Shown piece after piece: positions 8,330-17,263 of a stretch of 36,349 nt of DNA. This DNA comes from Gammaproteobacteria bacterium (GTDB lineage: Bacteria > Pseudomonadota > Gammaproteobacteria > SG8-11), in assembly GCA_024641505.1 (NCBI GenBank), contig JAHECY010000026.1, positions 7,568 to 43,916 on the forward strand, written 5' to 3'. The notes beneath the pieces are model-generated. The model made no database searches. It saw only the letters and a program-made list of their open reading frames with translations, and was not told the origin of the DNA. Both the position numbers and the translations under genes were made by a program. Positions within the stretch are counted from its first letter, which is position 1; each line of letters opens with the position of its first letter.

Positions 8330-9252
8330 GTATGCTGTCACGGGTCGCGGAAAATCTCTATTGGCTGGGACGGTATATCGAGCGTGCGGAGAATACCGCG
8401 CGCCTGATCACCGTCAACAGCAATCTGTTGCTGGATCTGCCGCGGCGCGTGCGTCTGGGCTGGCAACCCATCGTCGATATCATCGGCGCCAGTGATCTAT
8501 ACAAGGATCAACATGACGCCGTCGATGAACGCAGTGTGCTGCGCTTCATCGTCGCCAGTCCCACCAATGCCGGCTCCATTTTGCATTCGCTGACCATGGC
8601 GCGGGAAAATGCGCGCACCGTGCGTGATATCATTCCACGGGAGGCTTGGGAGCAGATCAATCATTTGTATGCGCTGGTGAAGGAAGACATAAACCGGGTA
8701 TACACCCAGCGCACCCGGTTTGATTTTCTGCGCCAGATCATTCTCGGCGCTCAGACCATCACCGGTTTGCTGTCGGGCACCATGACCCATGACGAGGGCT
8801 ATGCGTTCTTGCGGGTCGGGCGCAACCTGGAGCGGGCGGACATGGGCACGCGCATCATCGACGTGCGCTCCGCGTCCCTGCTGCCGGATCTGTCCGGTGA
8901 GTTGACGCCCTTCGAAAATATTCAATGGATGAGCGTGCTCAAATCCATGACCGGTTACCAGATGTACCGCCGCAGCATGCGCCTGCGGGTACGCCGCGCC
9001 GATGTGCTGCGTTTCCTGCTGCAGAACCTGCAATTTCCCCGTTCCTTTCTGCATTGCGTGAGCGCGGTGGAAGACTGTTTATGGGAACTGCCAAATCATG
9101 AGAAGCCCATAGCGCTGGTGCAATCCCTGCAGCGCAAGGTGCAACGGATCAATACCGACAAGCTGGAACAGAGTCAACTGCACGATACTCTGGACAATTT
9201 GCAACTGGGTTTGGCGAAAATCAGTACCGAACTCAAGCACAGCTATTTTTAA
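8326..9252 (+). CDS. alpha-E domain protein (COG2307 / DUF403)
   Basis: The 308-aa product begins MSMLSRVAENLYWLGRYIERAENTARL, the hallmark N-terminus of alpha-E proteins. It is translationally coupled to the ATP-grasp gene. Confidence 0.85.
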   Translation: MSMLSRVAENLYWLGRYIERAENTARLITVNSNLLLDLPRRVRLGWQPIVDIIGASDLYKDQHDAVDERSVLRFIVASPTNAGSILHSLTMARENARTVRDIIPREAWEQINHLYALVKEDINRVYTQRTRFDFLRQIILGAQTITGLLSGTMTHDEGYAFLRVGRNLERADMGTRIIDVRSASLLPDLSGELTPFENIQWMSVLKSMTGYQMYRRSMRLRVRRADVLRFLLQNLQFPRSFLHCVSAVEDCLWELPNHEKPIALVQSLQRKVQRINTDKLEQSQLHDTLDNLQLGLAKISTELKHSYF

Positions 9253-9338
9253 CCCTGCAACTCCGCGCATTGTCTGTCGCCGTCCCGGATGAGCGTGCCG
9301 CGAGCGCTTGCAGGCTGGTTGGGCAACAGGAGGCGATA

Positions 9339-10685
9339 ATGAGTGACACCGAAGCCGTGAAACCAGCACTTCCACAAGGCCTGGAACCGGAGAACCTCAA
9401 TCCGGTGGCCATCGGTCAGGCGCAGTTTTTTCGCGCCGCGCGCCATGTGGTCGGTCTTAAGGCAGGGCTGATCGAGTTTCTCAACGCACCCAAGCGCTCG
9501 CTGACCGTGTGTTTTCCCGTGGAAATGGATGATGGCGCGGTGCGCACCTTTACCGGTCATCGCGTGGTGCACAATCGGGTGCTCGGCCCCGGCAAGGGCG
9601 GTATTCGTTATCACCCCGACGTGGATCTCGACGAAGTGACATCCCTGGCGTCATTGATGACCTGGAAAAACGCCCTGGTCGGCGTTCCCTTCGGCGGCGC
9701 CAAGGGCGGCGTAATCTGCAATCCCAAGGAGCTGAGCGAGGGTGAATTGCGGCGCATCACGCGCCGTTTTACCACCGAGATCAGTAATTTCATCGGTCCC
9801 TATGTCGATATCCCCGCGCCTGATCTTTACACCAATGCGCAGACCATGGCCTGGATCTTCGATACCTATGATGTGCTCAATGCCGGACGCAATAACCGGG
9901 CGGTGGTCACCGGCAAGCCGTTGGATATGGGCGGGTCCGCGGGGCGCAGTCAGGCGACGGGTCTGGGTGTGTTGTTCGCCACCGAGCATATGTTGGGGAA
10001 CGGCATCTGCCCCGATTTACTGGCGCTGGCCGGGGCGCGCGTGGTGATCCAGGGCTTTGGTGATGTCGGCGGCGTGGCGGCGCGCGCGTTTCAGGGCGCC
10101 GGCGCGCAGATCATCGGTATCAGCGACAGTCAGGGCGGCATCGTCAGCGCCGAGGGACTGGATCTGGACACGGTGCACGAATTCAAGCGCGAGCATGGCA
10201 CGGTCGTGGGTTTACCCAGCACGTTGTCCGTGACCAACGCCGAACTCCTGGAAACCGAGTGCGATATTCTGATACCGGCGGCCACCAGCTTTCAGATTCA
10301 CCGTGACAACGCGGCGCGCATCAATACCAAGCTGGTTGTGGAAGGGGGCAATTCACCGGTGACGCCGGCGGCGGATGCCATTCTTACGGCGCGCGGTATT
10401 CCCATAATCCCGGATATTCTGGCCAATGCCGGTGGCGTCACCGTGAGCTATTTCGAATGGGTGCAGAACAACCAGAACGAAACCTGGGAGCTGGATGAAG
10501 TGCTGCAGAAATTACGTCGCAAGATGTACAGCGCAGTGGACATTACCTACCAGCGTTGGCAGCAACTGCAACAACGAGTGGCGGCGGGTGAAACTTTTGA
10601 TGGTATCAATCTGCGCAATGCCGCCATGATGGTGGCCATCGAACGTGTGGCCAAGGTGACGTTGGAGCGTGGCATCTGGCCGTAA
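9339..10685 (+). CDS. NAD(P)-dependent glutamate dehydrogenase (Glu/Leu/Phe/Val dehydrogenase family, short roughly 450-aa type)
   Basis: The product has GPGKGGIRYHPDV, the catalytic-Lys motif VPFGGAKGGV and a GFGDVGG Rossmann motif. The start is placed at ATG 9339, five nucleotides after a perfect AGGAGG. The track start at 9270 is an upstream extension. Confidence 0.85.
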   Translation: MSDTEAVKPALPQGLEPENLNPVAIGQAQFFRAARHVVGLKAGLIEFLNAPKRSLTVCFPVEMDDGAVRTFTGHRVVHNRVLGPGKGGIRYHPDVDLDEVTSLASLMTWKNALVGVPFGGAKGGVICNPKELSEGELRRITRRFTTEISNFIGPYVDIPAPDLYTNAQTMAWIFDTYDVLNAGRNNRAVVTGKPLDMGGSAGRSQATGLGVLFATEHMLGNGICPDLLALAGARVVIQGFGDVGGVAARAFQGAGAQIIGISDSQGGIVSAEGLDLDTVHEFKREHGTVVGLPSTLSVTNAELLETECDILIPAATSFQIHRDNAARINTKLVVEGGNSPVTPAADAILTARGIPIIPDILANAGGVTVSYFEWVQNNQNETWELDEVLQKLRRKMYSAVDITYQRWQQLQQRVAAGETFDGINLRNAAMMVAIERVAKVTLERGIWP

Positions 10686-10818
10686 TCGACCGACCGTCGG
10701 CTGGAATCGCAAGCAGTCGGCAAATACCGGATCACGTCTTTCCTCGCAGGTATTTCCTTGCGCTGTCAGAAATATACTGTGGCCACGGGCGGTCCGGCCG
10801 CGCAATGCCGAGGGCTCC

Positions 10819-11664
10819 ATGACGCTTTTGTCACGGGTGTATTCGATGCGTTTCGTGTTACTGATCCATCTCCTGTGTGCCATGGGTGGTTGTGCCACTT
10901 GGGGCGATAAAGGCATGGCTACGGGTCGTGACGGATTCTATCGGGTCAGTGTCGCGCCGGTGGGCAATATCGCGCCCATCGCCACATTGGCGGATATCAT
11001 GACCGTGCCGCCCGACCAAGCCGATGACCAAGCCAGACTTGCCGAGCAAATCCGCACTGTGGAACAGCATCTTACCGCCAACCTTGCCGACGCTCTTGTC
11101 GGTAGCGTAAACCTGCGCCTGGCATCGCCGACGGAGCTTAATGCCGGCGGCGCGCTCATGCGCCTGGAAGTGCAAGTTGTCGCCTATGGCAAGCTGGAAA
11201 AAAAATGGCAATGGTACCTGATCGGCAGCGGCGTGGCCGAGGGGTTGATGCAAGGAGTGTTAGCCGCCGGCGTGACCCGGAATCCATGGGTAGGGCTGGT
11301 GGTGGCGACGGAGGAGATTGCCCAGGAAACATTGTTATGGACCGGCGGCGCCGGACTGTTCAATAAATATTTCACGCCGGTCAGTCTGCAGGCGCGCCTG
11401 GTTGATGTTGTCAGCGGTGCGGAAATATGGACGGATCATGTGTTCGTTGCCCATGATGCCGATGCCATTGGCGTGTTGCCGGACGCGCAACGGCAATGGA
11501 AAGAGCTGCAGTTGCAATTGACCGCCGACAAAGCGCTAAGGGAGTTGGTGGCGGATCTGGATGGCGCGGCGTCGGACAACCTGCGCTGGGAGCGCGCGGC
11601 CGATTCCGACCTGCGCTGGTTCGATGGCGAGGTCGAAGCGTGGTCAGGCGTTTCGTTGCAATAA
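10819..11664 (+). CDS. hypothetical lipoprotein
   Basis: The N-terminus MTLLSRVYSMRFVLLIHLLCAMGGCATW has a signal peptide with a lipobox-like AMGGC. No recognisable family. The start could be ATG 10819 or 10846. Confidence 0.55.
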   Translation: MTLLSRVYSMRFVLLIHLLCAMGGCATWGDKGMATGRDGFYRVSVAPVGNIAPIATLADIMTVPPDQADDQARLAEQIRTVEQHLTANLADALVGSVNLRLASPTELNAGGALMRLEVQVVAYGKLEKKWQWYLIGSGVAEGLMQGVLAAGVTRNPWVGLVVATEEIAQETLLWTGGAGLFNKYFTPVSLQARLVDVVSGAEIWTDHVFVAHDADAIGVLPDAQRQWKELQLQLTADKALRELVADLDGAASDNLRWERAADSDLRWFDGEVEAWSGVSLQ

Positions 11665-11716
11665 TAATCACAAGAAATATCACGACGAAAAACCTGACGC
11701 CCCGCTTCTTTCGTTT

Positions 11717-13420
11717 TTATTTGGCGGGTGCCTTAGTGGCCGGTTTGGCGTTCAACATCTGCACCAGGTTCGATGCGCCCAGAATCGCGGCGGCTCCTTC
11801 GTAGCTGGTGCCGCTGCCGTTAACGTTGACAGTGGGGATCTTGATGATGTCAGGCGTTTTCTCCGCGACCGCCAGCACATCCTTGAGCATTTGCAACTGC
11901 AATGTACGGTCCTGACCGAGCACGGCGACCTGTGCGCTTTGGCCCTTCGAGATTTCGATGAGTTTCAGTTTTTCACCTTCACCTTCCAGTTTCAGGCGCG
12001 TTTTCTGGTGTTCCGCCGCGAGTTTTTCAATTTCGGCACGCACCAGTATCTGTTGCTGGTCGGCCGTGGCGCGGTCCCGCTCCACCTTGATGCGTTCGGC
12101 TTGCGCGGCCTGTTCTTTCTTGTAGGTTTGTTCCAATTGTTCGGCCAGCTGTTCACGCAGGGTAGCGACCAGCAGTTCCGGGGGGATGGCGGGCTCCCCC
12201 AGGCGTACTTCCTGGATACTGATGCCGGCTTTTTTCGCTTCGTTAATGATTTGTTTTTCCACCAGCGCCGCCAGATCATCGCGCTTGCTGATGAAGTCCA
12301 GTACTCTGCGGTCGGAATGACCGCCGATGGTGCGCAGAATGTCGCGAATCGCCGGGGTTACGATGCGGTTTTCCACGTCCTCGATGGTACCGACGGACGC
12401 CACGACGATCGGGGCGTCCTTGGGATATACCTGAACGACGATGCGCAGCTCCACGGGAATGGTCCAGCCTTCGACGCGCACATTGATGGCGCCGTCAGCG
12501 GCGTTTTCCGGCACCGGAATTTCACGCGAAGTTTCATCCTGTTTGATCGCCCCGTTATCTTCGACGTGCAGGTTGATCTGTCGCTGGGTGTAGCCCCCTT
12601 TGTAGGCCCAGGTTTGCACCAGGGTAGGGATTAGTTGCGGGACATACGCGCGCGGATTCAAATAGTAGCGCCCCGGAGGTAATGGCTTGTCCCAGACGCC
12701 AACGCAACCCTGGGGCACAATGGGCGTGGAGACATTGGCATCCGATGCGCCGAGAGCGGTTTGCACCGGATCGGGACATTGACTCGCGGCGGTACCGACA
12801 TTGGAGCGGATCACCGCCACCTGACCGGTGGGCACATCCAGAGCGGGTTCCTCCTTGATATTGTACAGGTAGTGGTTGATACGGTACTTGCCGGGTGGCA
12901 GTACCGTGAGTTGTGGACCTTTCTGACCTTTGCCCGCGGTGAGAAAATAGCTGGCATCGAGCATGGATTCGAATTTGTCTTCGGGCCAGGGTTCGGCGAT
13001 AAACTGCCCATCACGCAGCGGCATGCCGTCTTTGGTGGTGACGAAACCCAGATGTCCTTCCTTGATCTCAACCACCGGAAGTTCCTCGATTTCATAAAGC
13101 ATCTTGGCAAACAGAATGAAATGAAAGCCAGGACCTAATACTTCAGCGCGCGGGCCTTTTTCACCGTGGGCGGCGATAATGCGACCGGTGGGCAAATCGC
13201 TGGCGAAGTAAACGCGTTTAAGATGTCCGGTACCGTTACTGTCGATGATGACGAAAGACCGGGTTACGATGCCGATAATGCCGAGCACAATCAGTATTTT
13301 TGAGCTTAGCGTCGGTTCCAGCTTCGGAATTTTATCAAGAAAATTTCGAACGTTGCTGACTCCCGCCAATGTTAAGATGCCCAAAGCAATGGCGAGCAGG
13401 GACAAAGTGACGGTAATCAT
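11717..13420 (-). CDS. flotillin-like SPFH/band-7 membrane protein (YqiK-like)
   Basis: The 567-aa product has an N-terminal transmembrane segment, an SPFH core and a long charged coiled-coil segment (EQAAQAERIKVERDRATADQQQILVRAEIEKLAAEHQKTRLKLE). A GGAG ribosome-binding site precedes the ATG. Confidence 0.8.
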   Translation of the reverse strand: MITVTLSLLAIALGILTLAGVSNVRNFLDKIPKLEPTLSSKILIVLGIIGIVTRSFVIIDSNGTGHLKRVYFASDLPTGRIIAAHGEKGPRAEVLGPGFHFILFAKMLYEIEELPVVEIKEGHLGFVTTKDGMPLRDGQFIAEPWPEDKFESMLDASYFLTAGKGQKGPQLTVLPPGKYRINHYLYNIKEEPALDVPTGQVAVIRSNVGTAASQCPDPVQTALGASDANVSTPIVPQGCVGVWDKPLPPGRYYLNPRAYVPQLIPTLVQTWAYKGGYTQRQINLHVEDNGAIKQDETSREIPVPENAADGAINVRVEGWTIPVELRIVVQVYPKDAPIVVASVGTIEDVENRIVTPAIRDILRTIGGHSDRRVLDFISKRDDLAALVEKQIINEAKKAGISIQEVRLGEPAIPPELLVATLREQLAEQLEQTYKKEQAAQAERIKVERDRATADQQQILVRAEIEKLAAEHQKTRLKLEGEGEKLKLIEISKGQSAQVAVLGQDRTLQLQMLKDVLAVAEKTPDIIKIPTVNVNGSGTSYEGAAAILGASNLVQMLNAKPATKAPAK

Positions 13421-13519
13421 GGCGGCTCCTGGAAACTCAGGTTATTGTGAGGATTTTCAGTTCTAACGGCCGCAACTCACGCTTCTTTATACCGGTGTAA
13501 TGGCGAGGCCAGGCTCTTT

Positions 13520-13750
13520 ATGGCTATAACATCAATGCGGTTCAGGTTATCGATCAGTCCTGAAGACTATCTTGCCTACTATCAGGGCGGTGTGCGCAGC
13601 GTGGTGGTGCGCGCCGTTGATGGCAGGCGCATCGAATTTCCGGCGGCAAAGCTGCAACCTTTCATCATCCACACCGGTATCAGAGGGTTGTTCGAAATCG
13701 CTTTTGATGACCACCATCGGTTTGTCAGCCTGCGGCGAATAGCCGACTGA
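13520..13750 (+). CDS. DUF2835-family small protein
   Basis: The 76-aa product carries YLAYYQG...RRIEFPAAKLQPF...GIRG.FEIAFDD, a pattern I recall from DUF2835 proteins. Confidence 0.55.
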   Translation: MAITSMRFRLSISPEDYLAYYQGGVRSVVVRAVDGRRIEFPAAKLQPFIIHTGIRGLFEIAFDDHHRFVSLRRIAD

Positions 13751-13859
13751 GCGGGCCGCCGGCAGGACAGGCATCTCGTGTCGGGATGGGGTAGAATCGG
13801 CGCTGTATGCCCGGTGCATCGGACCGGGACAGTTAACCTACGATATGTATAGGAAAGAT

Positions 13860-14177
13860 ATGCAACGCTTTGATAATGTTACCGTTATTAAAAAGGCCAA
13901 TGTCTATTTCGAGGGCAATGTGGTGAGCCGTACGGTGCTGTTTGCCGACGGCAGCAAGAAAACCCTGGGCTTTATGCAGCCGGGCGCGTATGAATTTACG
14001 ACCGGCGATCCGGAGGTGATGGAAATCCTCAGCGGTGAATTGGAAGTGTCTCTGCCGGGCCGACAGGACTGGCAGGCGGTGCGCGGCGGACAATCCTTCG
14101 AGGTGCCCGGCAATGCGCGTTTCGTCATGAAAGTGCAAGCCCACACCGACTACTGCTGTTCCTTCATTAAAGAGTAG
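13860..14177 (+). CDS. ppnP: pyrimidine/purine nucleoside phosphorylase PpnP (YaiE/DUF1255)
   Basis: The product resembles E. coli YaiE (ANVYFEGNV.S, GEYEFTTG.PEVME..SGEL, QVYEAG..F.VPG). An AGGAAA ribosome-binding site precedes ATG 13860. Confidence 0.8.
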   Translation: MQRFDNVTVIKKANVYFEGNVVSRTVLFADGSKKTLGFMQPGAYEFTTGDPEVMEILSGELEVSLPGRQDWQAVRGGQSFEVPGNARFVMKVQAHTDYCCSFIKE

Positions 14178-14179
14178 AG

Positions 14180-14554
14180 ATGAAAGAAAAACTGGAGAAA
14201 TTCGGGCCCTTGGGCACGGTCATCGCCGCGGCGGCTTGTCCCGTGTGTTTTCCCAAACTGGCGTTGTTGGGAGCCTTTTTCGGTCTGGGTGCGTTCGCCG
14301 AGTTTGAGGGCGCGTTTTTCATTGTTGCTCAGCTGCTGGTGCTGGCGATGCTGGCAGGTTACGTGATTTATTACCGGCGGAATGGCAACCGGGGTTTGTT
14401 GGTGTTAGTGGTGCTGTCGACACTATTGTTCTTTATTTCGCTGTATGTACTGGGCAATGAGTATGTGTCCTATGGCGCGCTGCTGGGATTCTTCGCGGCG
14501 TCGATCTGGCTGGTGGTCGACAGCCGCCGCCGCTGTGGGCTGCCTGCTTCATGA
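14180..14554 (+). CDS. MerC-family membrane protein (mercury-transporter-like; function here unknown)
   Basis: The product has four predicted transmembrane segments, an AAAACPVCFPKLA motif (compare MerC GCAACFPALA) and a C-terminal SRRRCG (compare MerC HRRCGP). Its start lies 3 nt after the ppnP stop. Confidence 0.65.
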   Translation: MKEKLEKFGPLGTVIAAAACPVCFPKLALLGAFFGLGAFAEFEGAFFIVAQLLVLAMLAGYVIYYRRNGNRGLLVLVVLSTLLFFISLYVLGNEYVSYGALLGFFAASIWLVVDSRRRCGLPAS

Positions 14555-14574
14555 ACCAATAGGAGATTGGCGTT

Positions 14575-15321
14575 ATGACCATTGATACGGATAAGGATCT
14601 CATCGGCCTCAAGGCCGTAGGTCGGGTGACGGCCCTGATCATCAAGGAAATGCTGGCACGTGTCGAACCGGGCATGACCACGGCGGAACTGGACTTGATC
14701 GGCCGTGACCTGTTCGAGCGTTACGGCGCCCGCTCCGCGCCGCAACTGTCCTATAATTTTCCCGGTTACACTTGTATCAGTGTCAATGAAGAAGCCGCCC
14801 ACGGCATCCCCGGTGCGCGCGTGCTGATGCCCGGCGACATGGTGAATATCGATGTCTCGACGGAAATGAACGGCTATTTTGCCGATACCGGCGCTACCTG
14901 CATCGTGCCGCCGGCCACTCCGTTGAAGGAAAAGCTGTGTTACGCGGGCAAGCTGGCCTTGCACCGTGCCATGGACAAAGCGCGCCACGGTGCGCCGTTG
15001 AATGCCATCGGCAAGGCCATTCAGGGGGTTGCCAAAGAAAAGGGTTTCAAGGTGATACGCAATCTGTGCAGTCATGGGGTGGGTCGGGCCTTGCATGAGG
15101 AGCCCAAGGAGATTCCCGGTTATTATAATCCCAAGGACCGCCGGCAACTACGCAAGGGCATGGTCATCACCATCGAACCGTTTTTGTCCACCCGCAGTCG
15201 CCTGGTTAATGAAGCCGCTGATGGTTGGACCCTGATGGCGGAGCCGGGAAACCTCAGCGCGCAATACGAGCACACCATGGTGATCACCAACGGTACACCA
15301 TTGCTGATCACCGCGCTGTGA
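14575..15321 (+). CDS. map: type I methionine aminopeptidase
   Basis: The 248-aa product carries the metal-ligand motifs of M24A (DMVNIDV, HGVGRALHEEP, ITIEPF). An AGGAG ribosome-binding site is present. Confidence 0.9.
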   Translation: MTIDTDKDLIGLKAVGRVTALIIKEMLARVEPGMTTAELDLIGRDLFERYGARSAPQLSYNFPGYTCISVNEEAAHGIPGARVLMPGDMVNIDVSTEMNGYFADTGATCIVPPATPLKEKLCYAGKLALHRAMDKARHGAPLNAIGKAIQGVAKEKGFKVIRNLCSHGVGRALHEEPKEIPGYYNPKDRRQLRKGMVITIEPFLSTRSRLVNEAADGWTLMAEPGNLSAQYEHTMVITNGTPLLITAL

Positions 15322-16092
15322 TCAGCCGAATTGGACGCTGAGCGTGCTCAGTACCGACAGTTCGTAGCCACGCACCGGAAAGTTCACCGTGTCATCATGG
15401 TAGGTGGCGCCGGCGGCGACCAGCAGCGGCCGAAAATGTTCCGGTGTCGGGTGATTCTCGATGGCGTGAGGGGCGTCTTGTTCCCAAGTCACAAGCCGTG
15501 CGCGATCGTGCTGTAAGCTGTCCATGGTCCATTGCTCAAAGGCGGTCACCCATTCCGGTGGCGTATTGTATTCCGCGAGAAATGCCGAGCGCAGGTTATG
15601 GGTTATGCCGCCGCTGGCAATCAAAAGCACTTGCTGTCGGCGCAAGTCCGCCAGGCGCCGGCCAAGCGACATAAGATCGGCGTTTGAATAGGTGCGTGGC
15701 AGGGATAGCTGCAACACCGGGATATCCGCCTGCGGCCACAACATTGACAGCGGCACCCAGACCCCGTGGTCCATGCCTCGTTGCTCAACGGGCAGGGTTG
15801 TTTGCTCTGGCAGCACATTTTTTATAGTATTTATCAGATCCGGCGCGCCTGGCGCCGGGTACTGTTGCTCGTAGAGTCGGTCAGGGAAGCCATGAAAGTC
15901 ATAAATCAATTCCCGATGGGTGCTGGTTTCGCCGCAACGCAATTCCGGGGTTTCCCAGTGCGCGGAAATAATGATAATGGATCGGGGTGTCGGTAACGCG
16001 GTACTCCACTGGCGATATGCCGCTGCAGTACCGGCATCGAGCAGCGACAAGGGGCTGCCATGGCTGATAAAAAGAACGGGCATAGGATTCAT
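15322..16092 (-). CDS. ygiD: 4,5-DOPA-dioxygenase-like extradiol ring-cleavage dioxygenase (YgiD family)
   Basis: The product has PVLFISHGSP, ISAHWE and GITHNL motifs. The start is set at MNPMPV (16092), because the track start at 16176 adds a non-conserved extension. Confidence 0.75.
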   Translation of the reverse strand: MNPMPVLFISHGSPLSLLDAGTAAAYRQWSTALPTPRSIIIISAHWETPELRCGETSTHRELIYDFHGFPDRLYEQQYPAPGAPDLINTIKNVLPEQTTLPVEQRGMDHGVWVPLSMLWPQADIPVLQLSLPRTYSNADLMSLGRRLADLRRQQVLLIASGGITHNLRSAFLAEYNTPPEWVTAFEQWTMDSLQHDRARLVTWEQDAPHAIENHPTPEHFRPLLVAAGATYHDDTVNFPVRGYELSVLSTLSVQFG

Positions 16093-16288
16093 GAAACGCA
16101 CTCCACCAGGTCGCCGGAATTCCCTTAGTGGTGAATGTAGCGGATATGGGGGTGACGGGCAAGTCCCGGGGTTCATGATGTACGACGCGAATTATAGGCA
16201 ACAAAGCCGGGTTGTGGCGGCAGTCGGATATGGCACTTCAAGTTTAGTGCCGGTGCCGGAGTTGTAGAGTGACAGGGGTAAGGAAAGC

Positions 16289-16750
16289 GTGAGTAATAAC
16301 GATTTGAAGCTGCTGCAAGACTATTTGTCGCGCCATATTCCACTGTCCAGCGCCATGGGTGTGCAAGTCGCGGAAGTTGGCGCCCGGCGGGTGTGTCTGT
16401 GGGCGCCGCTGGCGCCGAATATCAACCACCGTGAAACGGTGTTCGGTGGCAGCGCCTCGGCGGTGGCGATTCTGGCCGCCTGGAGCCTGCTGCATGTGAG
16501 CCTGCAACGCGAGGGTTTGGTGAGTCGCGTCGTGATTCAACGCAATACCGTGGCGTATGACAAGCCGATTATTGGTGATTTTCAGGCGTGCGCCGAACTG
16601 GATACCGGGCAATGGCAACATTTTCTTGCCATGTTGAAACGCCGCAAAAAGGCACGCATCACCGTCACCGCGCAACTGATGTGCGGCGCGGAGTTGGTAG
16701 GCGCGCTGCAGGGAGATTTTGTGGCGCTGGGCATGGCGGCGTCATCGTGA
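16289..16750 (+). CDS. YiiD_C-type (hotdog-fold) putative thioesterase
   Basis: The 153-aa product begins at GTG with an AAGGAAAG ribosome-binding site. The APLAPNINHRETVFGGSASAVAILAAW region resembles the C-terminal domain of E. coli YiiD. Confidence 0.65.
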   Translation: MSNNDLKLLQDYLSRHIPLSSAMGVQVAEVGARRVCLWAPLAPNINHRETVFGGSASAVAILAAWSLLHVSLQREGLVSRVVIQRNTVAYDKPIIGDFQACAELDTGQWQHFLAMLKRRKKARITVTAQLMCGAELVGALQGDFVALGMAASS

Positions 16751-17241
16751 TTTATTGCCCGCAATGCCGGAACGAACTGACGCAACAAATGATCGACGGC
16801 GCGCGGCGCACGGTATGCACCGACCCGCAGTGCGGCTATGTGTTCTGGAACAATCCGGTGCCGGTAGTGGCCGCGCTGGTGCGGTACCAGGGACAAATCC
16901 TGTTGGCCCGTAATGCGCACTGGCCGGCGGGCATGTTTTCCCTGGTAGCCGGTTATCTCGAACAAAACGAGGCGCCGGAGGCGGCCGTGGTACGTGAAGT
17001 CAAAGAAGAATTGAGCCTGGATGCCAGCATACAAGCCTTCATCGGCCACTATTCATTCACATTAAAGAATCAACTTATCATCGCCTACGCGCTACATGCC
17101 ACGGGAAATCTGGTGCTGAATCATGAAATCGCTGAAGTTAAAATGGTGCCACCGGACCGGCTCGACCCCGCCATGTTCGGCAAGCTGGCCTTGACCGCTG
17201 CCGTGGTGCGTGATTGGTTGCGCTTGGAAGTTTCATGCTAA
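16747..17241 (+). CDS. small NudC-like NUDIX hydrolase with N-terminal zinc ribbon
   Basis: GTG 16747 overlaps the previous stop (GTGA). The product has CPQC...C..PQC followed by the Nudix box GYLEQNEAPEAAVVREVKEELSL. The longer track ORF starting at 16588 begins inside the upstream gene. Confidence 0.65.
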   Translation: MIYCPQCRNELTQQMIDGARRTVCTDPQCGYVFWNNPVPVVAALVRYQGQILLARNAHWPAGMFSLVAGYLEQNEAPEAAVVREVKEELSLDASIQAFIGHYSFTLKNQLIIAYALHATGNLVLNHEIAEVKMVPPDRLDPAMFGKLALTAAVVRDWLRLEVSC

Positions 17242-17263
17242 GCCGGTGGTTGCCGAATATTTG

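Noticed and set aside
11561-12634. 357-aa plus-strand ORF antisense to the flotillin gene
   Set aside because: Same reasoning: the flotillin frame has clear SPFH and coiled-coil signatures.
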